The notes: generated by a model from the letters alone, not told the origin. A stretch of 62,841 nt of DNA, filler included, from Octopus bimaculoides (GCF_001194135.2; 6 parts of 6 records of this genome joined end to end with filler, not necessarily neighbours in it), one strand, 5' to 3'; positions 1 through 11,794 are shown, numbered from the whole stretch's first letter. Translations and numbers: made by a program.

Positions 1-574
1 AGAGAGGGGGGACCAGTCAAGCAGCACATCACGCTGTAATTCTTGGGCTGAGAAATCAACACTTAAAAGCCATAATTTTAAGGAGCGATAAGAATTTTTG
101 AATAAAGGAAAATGGGTAGTGGTGGGTAGGTACCGCCAGCGAGTAGATAGGGCTCTTAATTGTAGATTTTAAATATTTGAGAGACAACAATGCATAAATC
201 GTAATTTTTTAAAAGAGCAATGAATTCTGGGTGATTAGAATATAACGTAGCATGAATTTAGGAAGCTTAGAAAATGAATAAGCATGAATTTAAGACAACA
301 ACTGAATTCAATTGAATTTCATGGAGAGAAACAAGATAAATAATAGGGGGCAAAACTAAAGCGCAAGGTATTGAGATGTTTGAGGCCGTAAATAAATAAA
401 AAATCTCTATCTTATCTGGCCATATGATTAAATAATGACTTCTGGCAGGTGCTTTATTAAGGAATTAAATGATAATACATAAGAAAGAAGCAACAAAAAT
501 GCAATCCTGTATCATAATTAGCCATTTTAAAACTATTTCATTGTTAGCTCACACTGAACGTTCACACACATGTA

Positions 575-961
575 CAGACCCACTGAGTAACAGATCCTCC
601 CACACACACAAACACATTCAGAATCCCACACACACAAACACACAAGTATACACACACATACACACACACACACATTCACACTCAGACACTCACACACACA
701 TTCACACTCAGACACTCACACACACATTCACACTCAGACACTCACACACACATTCACACTCAGACACTCACACACACAGACACTCACATACGCATTCAAA
801 CACACTCACACATGGACTCATACACAGACATTCACACTCATACCCACTCACACACACAGACATTCACATACACACACGCATTCACACACACAGAGATACA
901 CATACACAGACACTCACTCAGACACACGGACATGCACACTCACTCTCTCTCTCTCTCTCTC

Positions 962-1002
<41 letters not shown>

Positions 1003-1135
1003 TACACACATATTCAAACAGAGACACTCACACACACATCAACTTCCACATTACAGAACCCAACAGAAAGGGCAGTGTCACCACCACTCCCACTCCCACC
1101 ACCACTACTCCCACCACCACCATCACCAACTGCCA
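575..1135. repeat. Compound (CA)n/(CT)n/(CCA)n microsatellite
   Basis: Directly visible; source of the spurious His/Thr-rich ORFs. Confidence 0.95.
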
Positions 1136-1192
1136 TGAACCCCTCAGGACATTTGATGTGCTTTAAGGAAACAGACTTGCTTGTATACTAAC

Positions 1193-1330
1193 CTTCTTGG
1201 AGAAGATTGTCATGAGAGAAAAGCCCATGGTGGAGAAGAGTGCACTGACGAGGCCAATAATATCGAAGGAGAGTTCCGTTACCGTGGCGATGATTACTCC
1301 TCCGATAATGGGTAACAATGACACATAGAT
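1193..1330 (-). CDS. SLC35E1: SLC35E1-like transporter, internal exon (138 nt, phase 0/0): [46 protein letters not shown]
   Basis: Translation closely matches recalled human SLC35E1 [46 protein letters not shown]; acceptor ...tactccacag with polypyrimidine tract, donor gttagt. Confidence 0.93.
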
Positions 1331-1696
1331 CTGTGGAGTAAAAAAAAAAGGAGAGAGAGAGTGAATCTGCACAGTAAGAATGAGGATGAGATTTGGGTGG
1401 GTGGGAGGCTGTCCATGTACAATATGTGTGGCTGCGTGCCTAACCCTTTGACCCTGCAAGTACATTTTACTGGGAGTAAATTCCTTTCACTGTAATACTA
1501 CCCTGAGAAGATGAAAAAGGGGGTGGTGGGGGATGAACTCTGAACCATGTGGTTGGGAAGCAAACTTGTTTACCTCACAGCCACACCTGTGCCAGAGAGT
1601 AAGCATATAAATGCAAATCAAGAGGTGGAACAGAATAGTACTCAAATACCAAAGGTAGAGTAATATGCTTTTGTTAAAGCTGCCAAAATCCTCACA

Positions 1697-1738
1697 AACT
1701 GTTACTCAGAGTTTCACGTTCCCATCCGTCAGACAGTT
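1697..1738 (-). ncRNA. Type-I minimal hammerhead ribozyme-like motif (A9G variant)
   Basis: Minus strand reads AACTGT-CTGACGG-ATG-GGAA-CGT-GAAAC-TCTGA-GTA-ACAGTT: 6-bp stem I, 3-bp stem II, near-palindromic stem III, GUA site. Confidence 0.7.
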
Positions 1739-1928
1739 GTGCTGAATACTATCGAACAAACAGGAACGTGAAACTGAGTAACAGTTTGTGAGGATTCTTG
1801 CAGCTTTAATAAAAGTGTGTGTGTGTGTGTGTCTGTGTGTGTGTGTCTGTGTGTCTGTGTCTGCGTGTGTGTGTGTCTGTGTCTGTGTGTGTGTCTGTGT
1901 GTGTGTCTCTGTGTGTGTGTGTGTGCGC

Positions 1929-1979
<51 letters not shown>

Positions 1980-2380
1980 TTACAAATTAAAAGGGTAAAG
2001 GATTATCAATTTATTAATTTATTAATAAATCAACAATTAATAATTTTTACCAAGCCCTTCGGTATGTAAGCACCATTATCGGTGGAGAACTTATTTAAAA
2101 GTTCAAATATATTTATAAACATAATTANNNNNNNNNNNNNNNNNNNNNNNNNNNNNNNNNNNNNNNNNNNNNNNNNNNNNNNNNNNNNNNNNNNNNNNNN
2201 NNNNNNNNNNNNNNNNNNNNNNNNNNNNNNNNNNNNNNNNNNNNNNNNNNNNNNNNNNNNNNNNNNNNNNNNNNNNNNNNNNNNNNNNNNNNNNNNNNNN
2301 NNNNNNNNNNNNNNNNNNNNTGACACCCTAACTACTAAGCCACGCACCTCCACAGAGGAATATATTAATAATAAATAAAT

Positions 2381-2627
2381 GCGCCCTCTTAAAGCCTAGC
2401 CAGGCTCATGGGCCCGCTTTCCCAGTTTCAGTGGCGTATTCCCCAGCTGGACGGGACGCCAGTCCATCGTCGCGTTACTCATTTTTGCCAGCTGAGTGAA
2501 CTGGAGCAACATGAAATGAAGTGTTTTGCTCAAGAACACAACGCGTCACCCGGTCCAGGAATCGAAACCACAATCTTACAATCATGGTGCTGACACCCTA
2601 ACTACTAAGCCACGCACCTCCACAGAG
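2381..2627 (-). mobile_element. tRNA-derived SINE (family F); head of a second copy at 2320-2356
   Basis: A box tggcttagtagttagg, B box ggtttcgattcc, CORE-like ttcttgagcaaaacactt, V-domain-like gatggactggcgtcccgtccag; related copies near 17004-17130, 30905-31140, 44040-44200. Confidence 0.8.
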
Positions 2628-2940
2628 GAATATATTATTCAAAAGAATTCCAACTCTGTCTGTTTTTTATGTTTTATTTATGTTCTTTATAATATTAATG
2701 TAGGATATAGAAAAATGAGATGAAGTATTGATTGCCTTATTGGATAAATGAAATATTGAATATTAAATATTAAAGGACTAGGATACTTTCCTGCATTTTA
2801 GCAGTCTTCAAGGTCCCAGGTTATCACAACAGATATACAGACAGACAGATAGATATATGTACATGCATATTGATAAGTTGGATAGAAACATTGTCTGCCA
2901 CCTGCTTACAATCAGTTATGCATCCACCAATATATACATC

Positions 2941-2983
<43 letters not shown>

Positions 2984-3069
2984 TTGGTTACATTCATATT
3001 ATCAGAGCTGACTTTAAAACGAATGTGTGAAATCAACAGCAACAACAACAACAACAGCAATATACTTAC

Positions 3070-3140
3070 ATACATGGTTTGCTTCACCCCCAACAGAATA
3101 CGAGATAGAATCACAGTAAACAACGGTAACGTAGCCTTTA
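3070..3140 (-). CDS. SLC35E1: SLC35E1-like transporter, internal exon (71 nt, phase 1/0): (V)KATLPLFTVILSRILLGVKQTMY
   Basis: Matches recalled human KATMPIWVVLLSRIIMKEKQSTK; acceptor ttttcttgtctgtttcag, donor gtaagt; splices in frame to exon 1193-1330. Confidence 0.92.
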
Positions 3141-3369
3141 CTGAAACAGACAAGAAAACAAAGTAGTTAGACATTTCTTGATCTCATAGTTGACTCCATT
3201 CTGAAGAGGAAAAGAAAAGAAAAGGAGAGGACAAAGAAAAACAAAGTGAGTCATTGACTCTGTCATTAGTGATACAGGCATTTTAATGTCAGATGAAATC
3301 CTCACCATTACAGAGGGTTATGGCATCCTGATTTTCAGGGATGCACCTCAGTTTTGAAGGAGTCGTCTT

Positions 3370-3790
3370 GGTTTTCTGGGACTCCTCCCAGTCTTCTGGA
3401 ATTCATCTGCATTTTCTGGATTTCATCCTAACTTTTCAGGATTCATCCCTGTTTCCTGAAATACACCATGTTTTGTAAGCTTCATCTTGATTTTCCAGGA
3501 TTCACTCATTTTCCAGAATTCATCCCATTTTCTGTGAATCGTCCCAGTTTTTTCAAGATTCACTCCAATTTGCCAAGATTTGTCCCTTTTTTCTAGAATT
3601 CATCCCATTTTCCAGGGATCATCAGTTTTCCAGGAATTTTACCAGTTTTCCAGAATTCATCCCATTTTCCAGGAATTGTCCCAGTTTTCCAGGAATAATC
3701 CTAGATTTTCAGCATACACTCCAGTTGTCCAGAAATCCTCCCAGCTTTTCAGAATTCATTCTAGTTTTCTAGGATTCATTCCAGTTTCCA
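3370..3790. repeat. Degenerate minisatellite, about 20-bp unit (ttttccaggattcatcccag)
   Basis: Unit repeats roughly 20 times with drift. Confidence 0.85.
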
Positions 3791-4269
3791 AACAAGTCTC
3801 CATGTCACAAAAGGAATGTTTTGAGACAGTGATTTGTCTCACTTTCTTAAATTTTATTTTAGGAAGGTTAGAAACCATGCCAAAGCAGACACTGGAGCTC
3901 AATACAACTCACCAAACCTTCTCAAACCATCCAAAGCATGCCAGCATGAAAAACTAACATTAAAACAAGAATGATGATAAATATTATCTACTTTGTTTTT
4001 ATATATTTTCTTTTTGTTGATTTCTTTAATTTTTACTTTCTGTAAATCTTTCAGCTTTTAGAAATTACAGCTTTAGTTTAAAATTTGCTTATTCAGTTTT
4101 CATTTAAGTATAAACCTGCAGATAATGTATAGTACCAGTAATTCATCACAGATTATTCTTAGTATTTTTGTCTTACGTAGAACGATTTTAACGGTTTTAA
4201 TTTTTGGTAATTTTCTTCAATAAATGATTCAACAAAAATATTTATTTTCATACGTACAACACATATAAG

Positions 4270-4628
4270 ATAGAAAGATATGTAGATAGAGAGAAAGATA
4301 GACAGATAGACACACACATACATACACACAGCTAGATATAGGCAGACAGAGAGACAGATTGATATATAGATAGAAAACTATGTAGATAGGTAGAAAGACA
4401 TGCAGACAGATACAGATGACACACAGACAGATAGGTAGGCAGATAGACAGACAGACAGAGAGTGGTAGACAGATAGACAAACAGAGTGATAGAGTGACAG
4501 ACAGATAGACAGATAGATAGAAAAATAAATAGAAAAAATAGACAGACAGACAGACAGACAAATAGAAAGATAGGTAGACAGATAGATAGACAGACAGATA
4601 GATAGACAGACAGGTAGACAAACAGATG

Positions 4629-4683
<55 letters not shown>

Positions 4684-4715
4684 GGGTACATAGTCAGACA
4701 GACAGACAGCTAGAT
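4270..4715. repeat. (GATA)n/(GACA)n compound microsatellite
   Basis: Directly visible. Confidence 0.95.
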
Positions 4716-5823
4716 ATTTGTGAGTGTCTTTATCATGTAACCTTGAATTTTCTCCTGTTCCTGTTCAAATTGAATACCAAAATATAGGACTATGCAAAAA
4801 CCACCCTACATTATTATAAAGACTGACACAGCACAGATATTACTAGTTGTACAACACATAAGCTGGAGTGGTCAAATATACCTGTAGTGTTGTACACAAA
4901 AGGCTAGCATAGCACAGATATACCTGATGTTTAAGCTGGAGTGGTTAAATATACCTGCCATATTGTACACAAGAGCTACGTGTGACATTTCTTTTTCATG
5001 TTCAAGAGCCACACCATGTGTGTGTGAGTGTGTAAAATTATATTTATAAATAAAGAAGACATACCTATATTATATTTATATCTATCTATATATACACATA
5101 TTAAAACATAGGGTAAAAATTAATTAATATATGATTTTTTACCCTATGTTTTAATTTGATTAACCATAACCAAGTTCTCAAAGTGAATATATGCAACGCA
5201 GTAACTATTTTCTGCAGATATATTCCTGGAATTAGCGCGCCAAAATGAAGACTTTTGATTTTTACCATTAAGTTGTAATTAACAGAACCATATACACGTT
5301 CACCTATGGCGGTGGACAACTTTGTATAAGATTCTGAGAATTATGATTCCATTACAAATCACGCTGAAGAGAAACAGACATTCGGTAAGAGTGCTAATTT
5401 CGAAACTAGTTCGTGTTTTAATAATGTTTTATTTCTGTAATTTTCACTGTCTTGCTCGCTTACGCTTTGGTATTCCGCTGAATTTCATTTTGAGAACAAT
5501 TTAGGTCTTAGTAGACACAAGATGTGGTCTATTTCTAGCACATTAAATGTTCACTTTAGTGGTCAACGTTATATATAAAAATATATATACACATACATAG
5601 ATGTAAGGTATTCAGGCTAAATTTGATAAATTTGCATAAAAGGAAAAGAAAACACAATATCCCACTTGAAAATAAAAGTTTTTTTCTTTAAAAAAAATCA
5701 AAATATATCAACTCGTTCAGAGGTTCTCAATCAGTTTTCACCTATGGATCCCCTTCGTTCTTATTTTACTCAGGTGGGGCCTCATAACCATTCCATGCTT
5801 TAAAAATTCTATATTTTTCACCT

Positions 5824-6182
5824 CTACCTTAGCGTAGGCAGAGGTACTGTTTTCAGTTGTGTTTGTTTGTTTGTCCTTGGACAAGATTTCTCAAGAACCA
5901 CTGGATAGATTCAGATGAAACTTTCAGGGATGTTTGGCCTTGTGACTGGCACAAACTGATTAGATTTTGGGATCAATCCAGTACCAGACAAGGATTCTGG
6001 ATTATTTTTCCAGTTTTTTTTTTTTTACATAATTTTTGAGAGCAGTTAGGTTCATTTTTAGTATTCTCCTTTGTGAAAGCAGTTGAGCTTATTTCAGATA
6101 TTCCCATTTTTAAAAAACATCTCCAGCTAATTGTTGAGAGAATGTTGGTGTTGCCTTGGTGGAGGCTTGCACTCCTCTTGTT
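5824..6182 (+). mobile_element. Helentron-associated (HINE-like) non-autonomous element
   Basis: Begins taccttagcgtaggcagagg; internal gtttgtttgt and gatgaaactttcaggg...gattttgggatc; ends ccttggtggaggcttgcactc. Resembles the recalled tacctccgccaaggagg HINE type. Confidence 0.55.
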
Positions 6183-6193
6183 ATAATTATTAT

Positions 6194-6468
6194 TAGGAAT
6201 TTGTGTGTTAAGAAGCTTGTGTCCCAACCACATGGTTCCAGATACAGTTCCACTGCATGGAACCTTGGGCAAATGTCTTCTACATAGCCTCAGGCCAACC
6301 AAAGCCTTATGAGTGGATTTGGTAGACGAAAGCCTATTGTATATATAGATGTATATATATATCTGAGTGTGTATGTGCATTAGTGTCTGTGTTTGTACCT
6401 ACCACCATATGACAACCAGTGTTCATGTGTTTGCATCCCCATAACTTAGCAGTTCGGCAAAAGAGGCT
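6194..6468 (+). mobile_element. tRNA-derived SINE (family A), degenerate
   Basis: caaccacatggttcc...ccttgggcaaatgtcttctac...gtggatttggtagacg, shared with many copies in the window. Confidence 0.8.
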
Positions 6469-7161
6469 GGTGTTTCTCCTTTCCTTACCTGGAGTCATCA
6501 GCGTTTGATATTTTTACAGAGAACCCATTTCTCATCACCAGTCACTATTCAGCTCACAAAAGGTTCGTTCGTGAAACACGACAGCAAAGAAGAGCAAACA
6601 TTCACTCTCTCTCTGTCATTAAACTCGGAAAGTTCGTGAGAAACCTGACCCAGTTTACTGATTTTTCTGATGGCACATAGGTGTCAATGATTGGTTGAAT
6701 GACCAAATCCAAGCTTCTCTGCTAGTTCAACAGTTATGATGGGATTTTGTTCCACTAGGGTCTGCAAGACGTCCTTGTTGAGTTCTACATATCCTCCAGG
6801 ATGACCCTTGTCTTCTAGGCTGTAGTTTCCAGCTTGGAATTTCTGGACCCATCATTGACACTGGCTTACACTTATTATCTGATCCCTGTATACTGCATTA
6901 ATTCCTCGCACTTTCTGTTGCATTGTCCCCTTTATTGAACTCATAAAGCAAAATAAGCTGAATATGCTCCTTTGTCACTTTCATTATAGCTTTGAAAAAA
7001 TAACTGTTAAAATGGAACTGCACTCTTCAAAACTCGCACTAAGAATAAGCACACAAGGTAAAATTACTACCTGCTTTTATAGCAAGTTGATGCAGGTAGT
7101 TTATCCCATCCCCCTCTGACTTTTAGACCATGCAATTGAAAAACCACGTTATTTATGGAAT
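6469..7161 (-). mobile_element. Mariner transposon, 5' half (decayed transposase)
   Basis: ATG at 6984: MKVTKEHIQLILLYEFNKG...WVQKFQAGNYSLED...ELAEKLGFGHST...IVTGDEKWVL, with stops and frameshifts; TIR-like ttatttatgg at the gap edge. Confidence 0.9.
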
Positions 7162-7570
7162 NNNNNNNNNNNNNNNNNNNNNNNNNNNNNNNNNNNNNNN
7201 NNNNNNNNNNNNNNNNNNNNNNNNNNNNNNNNNNNNNNNNNNNNNNNNNNNNNNNNNNNNNNNNNNNNNNNNNNNNNNNNNNNNNNNNNNNNNNNNNNNN
7301 NNNNNNNNNNNNNNNNNNNNNNNNNNNNNNNNNNNNNNNNNNNNNNNNNNNNNNNNNNNNNNNNNNNNNNNNNNNNNNNNNNNNNNNNNNNNNNNNNNNN
7401 NNNNNNNNNNNNNNNNNNNNNNNNNNNNNNNNNNNNNNNNNNNNNNNNNNNNNNNNNNNNNNNNNNNNNNNNNNNNNNNNNNNNNNNNNNNNNNNNNNNN
7501 NNNNNNNNNNNNNNNNNNNNNNNNNNNNNNNNNNNNNNNNNNNNNNNNNNNNNNNNNNNNNNNNNNNNNN

Positions 7571-7701
7571 CTTATTCTTTAGAAGCCTAGTACTTATTCT
7601 ATCGATCTCTTTTGCCGAACTGCTAAGTTACGGGAACATCAACACACCAGCACCGGTTGTCAAGCGATGTTGGGGGGACAAACACACATACACAAACACA
7701 T

Positions 7702-7744
<43 letters not shown>

Positions 7745-7909
7745 TATGACGGGCTTCTTTCAGTTTCCGTCTACCAAATCCACTCACAAGGCTTTGGTCG
7801 GCCCGAGACTATAGTAGAAGACACTTGCCCAAGGTGCCACACAGTGGGACTGAACCCGGGTCCATGTGGTTGGTAAGCTAGCTACTTACCACACAGCCAC
7901 TCCTACGCC
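7571..7909 (-). mobile_element. tRNA-derived SINE (family A)
   Basis: Head gagtggctgtgtggtaagtagc...ccgggttcagtcccactg (A/B boxes), CORE-like caccttgggcaagtg, internal (TA)n. Confidence 0.9.
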
Positions 7910-8434
7910 TACATGTATACATCTCTCTATACACATTCATACGTGTAGATAGTATTGCTCACTAAAGTACATTGGTTAATCGCTGCACATTAACAGCTTC
8001 TACTGAGTCTTCATTTCTTGCAATAAATACTTCAAAATCAAGGTTAGATATTAAAGCTGTATTAGGAACAGCAAAAGTGAAACCCAATATCATCTGTGGA
8101 AGGCACAGCTGGAGTCTGTCGGATATAGATTGGTGAATACTGGTATATAAGCATCCAGCACTGACGCTGATGCATACTGGTAGATGGAAGTTATATGCGT
8201 GTGTGTATGTGTGTATGAAAAAATATATGCACGTGTGTGTATAGATAGATAGATAGACATATAGATATGTAACAGTATGTGTGTGTGTGTGTGTGTGTGT
8301 GCAAGTATGTGTGTGTGTATATATATATATACATATATATATATGGGAGAATATACAAATAATAACAACAGACGAGGACAGGTGGTGTAAATAACAAAAG
8401 TATATATTAGTATGACGCTCGGGAATACGGAAAG

Positions 8435-8471
8435 TCTTTGACGTTTCGAGCTACGCTCTTCAACAGAAAGA
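8435..8471 (-). ncRNA. Type-I minimal hammerhead ribozyme-like motif (A6U variant, extra A after A9) in a short element at about 8345-8528
   Basis: Minus strand reads TCTTT-CTGTTGA-A-GAGC-GTA-GCTC-GAAAC-GTC-AAAGA: 5-bp stem I, 4-bp stem II, palindromic ACGT stem III, GUC site. Confidence 0.75.
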
Positions 8472-9471
8472 ATACGGAGACAAGGAGAAAAACACGGAGA
8501 AAAAAAATTGAATAGTGTTCAGTCAACGGTGGCTGTGTGGTAAGTAGCTTGCTTACCAACCACATGGTNNNNNNNNNNNNNNNNNNNNNNNNNNNNNNNN
8601 NNNNNNNNNNNNNNNNNNNNNNNNNNNNNNNNNNNNNNNNNNNNNNNNNNNNNNNNNNNNNNNNNNNNNNNNNNNNNNNNNNNNNNNNNNNNNNNNNNNN
8701 NNNNNNNNNNNNNNNNNNNNNNNNNNNNNNNNNNNNNNNNNNNNNNNNNNNNNNNNNNNNNNNNNNNNNNNNNNNNNNNNNNNNNNNNNNNNNNNNNNNN
8801 NNNNNNNNNNNNNNNNNNNNNNNNNNNNNNNNNNNNNNNNNNNNNNNNNNNNNNNNNNNNNNNNNNNNNNNNNNNNNNNNNNNNNNNNNNNNNNNNNNNN
8901 NNNNNNNNNNNNNNNNNNNNNNNNNNNNNNNNNNNNNNNNNNNNNNNNNNNNNNNNNNNNNNNNNNNNNNNNNNNNNNNNNNNNNNNNNNNNNNNNNNNN
9001 NNNNNNNNNNNNNNNNNNNNNNNNNNNNNNNNNNNNNNNNNNNNNNNNNNNNNNNNNNNNNNNNNNNNNNNNNNNNNNNNNNNNNNNNNNNNNNNNNNNN
9101 NNNNNNNNNNNNNNNNNNNNNNNNNNNNNNNNNNNNNNNNNNNNNNNNNNNNNNNNNNNNNNNNNNNNNNNNNNNNNNNNNNNNNNNNNNNNNNNNNNNN
9201 NNNNNNNNNNNNNNNNNNNNNNNNNNNNNNNNNNNNNNNNNNNNNNNNNNNNNNNNNNNNNNNNNNNNNNNNNNNNNNNNNNNNNNNNNNNNNNNNNNNN
9301 NNNNNNNNNNNNNNNNNNNNNNNNNNNNNNNNNNNNNNNNNNNNNNNNNNNNNNNNNNNNNNNNNNNNNNNNNNNNNNNNNNNNNNNNNNNNNNNNNNNN
9401 NNNNNNNNNNNNNNNNNNNNNNNNNNNNNNNNNNNNNNNNNNNNNNNNNNNNNNNNNNNNNNNNNNNNNNN

Positions 9472-9545
9472 TATATATATAGATGAATAAAATATATGCG
9501 TGTGTGTGTGTGTGTATACATAGATACATAGACATATAGATATGA

Positions 9546-9581
<36 letters not shown>

Positions 9582-9809
9582 CTATATACATATATATATA
9601 TATATAAATGCATATATATATATATAAATACAAACACATATATATATATAAATATAAACATACTTATATAAATATACATATGTACATATACATACATATA
9701 TATATGTATATACATACATATATATATAAATATATACATACATATATATATAAATATATACATACATACATATAAATATATACCTACACATATATATAAA
9801 TATATACTT

Positions 9810-9846
<37 letters not shown>

Positions 9847-9895
9847 CATAAATATATACATACATATATACATACATATATATACATACCTACAG
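9472..9895. repeat. (TA)n/(CA)n compound microsatellite
   Basis: Directly visible. Confidence 0.95.
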
Positions 9896-10198
9896 TGGGC
9901 CAATTGCACACCTGGGCATCAACCCAGATATTCCAACGTCCTCATGCATACATACACATATAGACATATTGTTGGATGGCCACTGACTGCTCATGAGCTC
10001 TTCCGCCCTTTGACAGGTCTTATTTTTCATCCTGCAGAGTGTCCAACACTCACCCTCCTCACCAAGCAAGCTTGATGGGGTTGCCAGTTTAGTCCCCAAC
10101 AATCCGACCATGCAACAGGTTGTACTGGGTTACATGTTACCAACAGCTCCCAAGAGTGACCTGACACACACATACACATATATATATATACATACATA

Positions 10199-10655
10199 TG
10201 TGGAGGCACAATGGCCCAGAGGTTAGGGCAGCAGACTTGCCGTCATAGGATCACAGTTTCAATTCCCAAACCAGGGAATTGAGTGTTTATTGAGCAAAAA
10301 CACCTAAAGGTCCATGAGGCTCCGGCAGGGGATGGTCGCGAACCCTGCTGTATTCTTTCACCACAACTTTCTCTCACTCTTACTTCCTGTTTCTGTTGTG
10401 CCTGTATTTCAAAGGGTCAGCCTTGTCACACTGTGTCACGCTGAATATCCCCGAGAACTACGTTAAGGGTACATATGTCTGTGGAGTNNNNNNNNNNGCC
10501 TTGTCACACTGTGTCACGCTGAATATCCCCGAGAACTACGTTAAGGGTACATATGTCTGTGGAGTGCTCAGCCACTTGCACATTAATTTCACGAGCAGGC
10601 TGTTCCGTTGATCGGATCAACTGGAACCCTCGTCGTCATAACCGACGGAGTGCCA
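10199..10655 (+). mobile_element. tRNA-derived SINE (family B)
   Basis: tggaggcacaatggcccagaggttagggcagc (A box), agtttcaattccc (B box); body ending ggaaccctcgtcgtc is shared with 14359-15080 and 32043-32225. Confidence 0.88.
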
Positions 10656-10659
10656 TAGG

Positions 10660-10805
10660 AATAAATACATATACACACACATACATACATACGTGTATAT
10701 ACAGTACATACACATACATCTGCATATATAAATACACACACCCACACACATATACACACACAGATATATACACACACACACAGATATACACACACAGATA
10801 TATAT

Positions 10806-10840
<35 letters not shown>

Positions 10841-10917
10841 TAGATATATATACACACACACACAGATATATACACACACACGGATATATACACACACACA
10901 CGGATATATACACACAG

Positions 10918-10956
<39 letters not shown>

Positions 10957-11170
10957 TATATATATATATATATACATACACATACATACATACGTGTATA
11001 TACAGTACATACACATACATCTGCATATATAAATACACACACCCACACACAGATATACACACACACAGATATATACACACACACAGATATATATACACAC
11101 ACACACACAGATATATATACACACACACACAGATATATACACACACACACACACAGATATATACACACAC

Positions 11171-11207
<37 letters not shown>
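10660..11207. repeat. (CA)n/(TA)n compound microsatellite with an internal duplication about 300 bp apart
   Basis: The block catacatacgtgtatatacagtacatacacatacatctgc occurs near 10680 and again near 10985. Confidence 0.9.
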
Positions 11208-11211
<4 letters not shown>

Positions 11212-11229
11212 GTTAAAGTCTGTCATACC

Positions 11230-11269
11230 GGCCATGACGAAGGGAAATAGCCCTGAAACTCGAGTCGCC
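11230..11269 (+). ncRNA. Type-I minimal hammerhead ribozyme-like motif (1-nt insertion in core)
   Basis: GGC-C[A]TGACGA-AGGG-AAATAG-CCCT-GAAAC-TCGA-GTC-GCC: 3-bp stem I, 4-bp stem II, palindrome ACTCGAGT, GUC site. Confidence 0.72.
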
Positions 11270-11794
11270 TTTATATATATATATTTATATTTATATATTT
11301 ATATATTTGATCCTTTATATTGAACACTCAATATTTCATCTACATTCAATACTTTCTTTCATGGTGCCATCCATTTTTATTTTATTTTATTTTATATTAT
11401 ATATTGTATATTATATTATATATTGTATATTCCATATTCTATACCCCACATTAGTTCTGCAGGAATATAAATAAAACATAAAAAACAGACAGTGTTGGAA
11501 CTCTTTTAAGCAAAATAATATATATATATATATATATACATACACATACAACTTTTGTATGTCAAGGTGTCTTAATGCAGCAGGGACAAAGGAACTAAGG
11601 AGGTAATAATCAAAGGAATATTGATTTTTTAAAAATATTAATATCTTCTGTACATTTGTTTGTAATTTTCATCAAGTACAATGACACCATCTGCTACTCA
11701 GGCCATATAAATCAGCTGAAGTAGGAAAGCAATTGTTATTCGGTTTTGCTGCTGTTCTTTCTTGTACAATAATGGAATATGAAACAGAGCATTT

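Noticed and set aside
469-1191. 240-aa His/Thr-rich ORF and the many similar HT/YI/CV/LS-repeat ORFs in the track
   Set aside because: They are translations of (CA)n, (TA)n, (GATA)n and (CT)n microsatellites.
5101-5319. Minus ORF considered as SLC35E1 exon 1
   Set aside because: No similarity to the expected N-terminal helices or the WKVPVSYAHT motif.
10199-10275. tRNA genes at SINE heads
   Set aside because: A/B boxes are present, but the heads run into SINE bodies and do not form complete cloverleaves.
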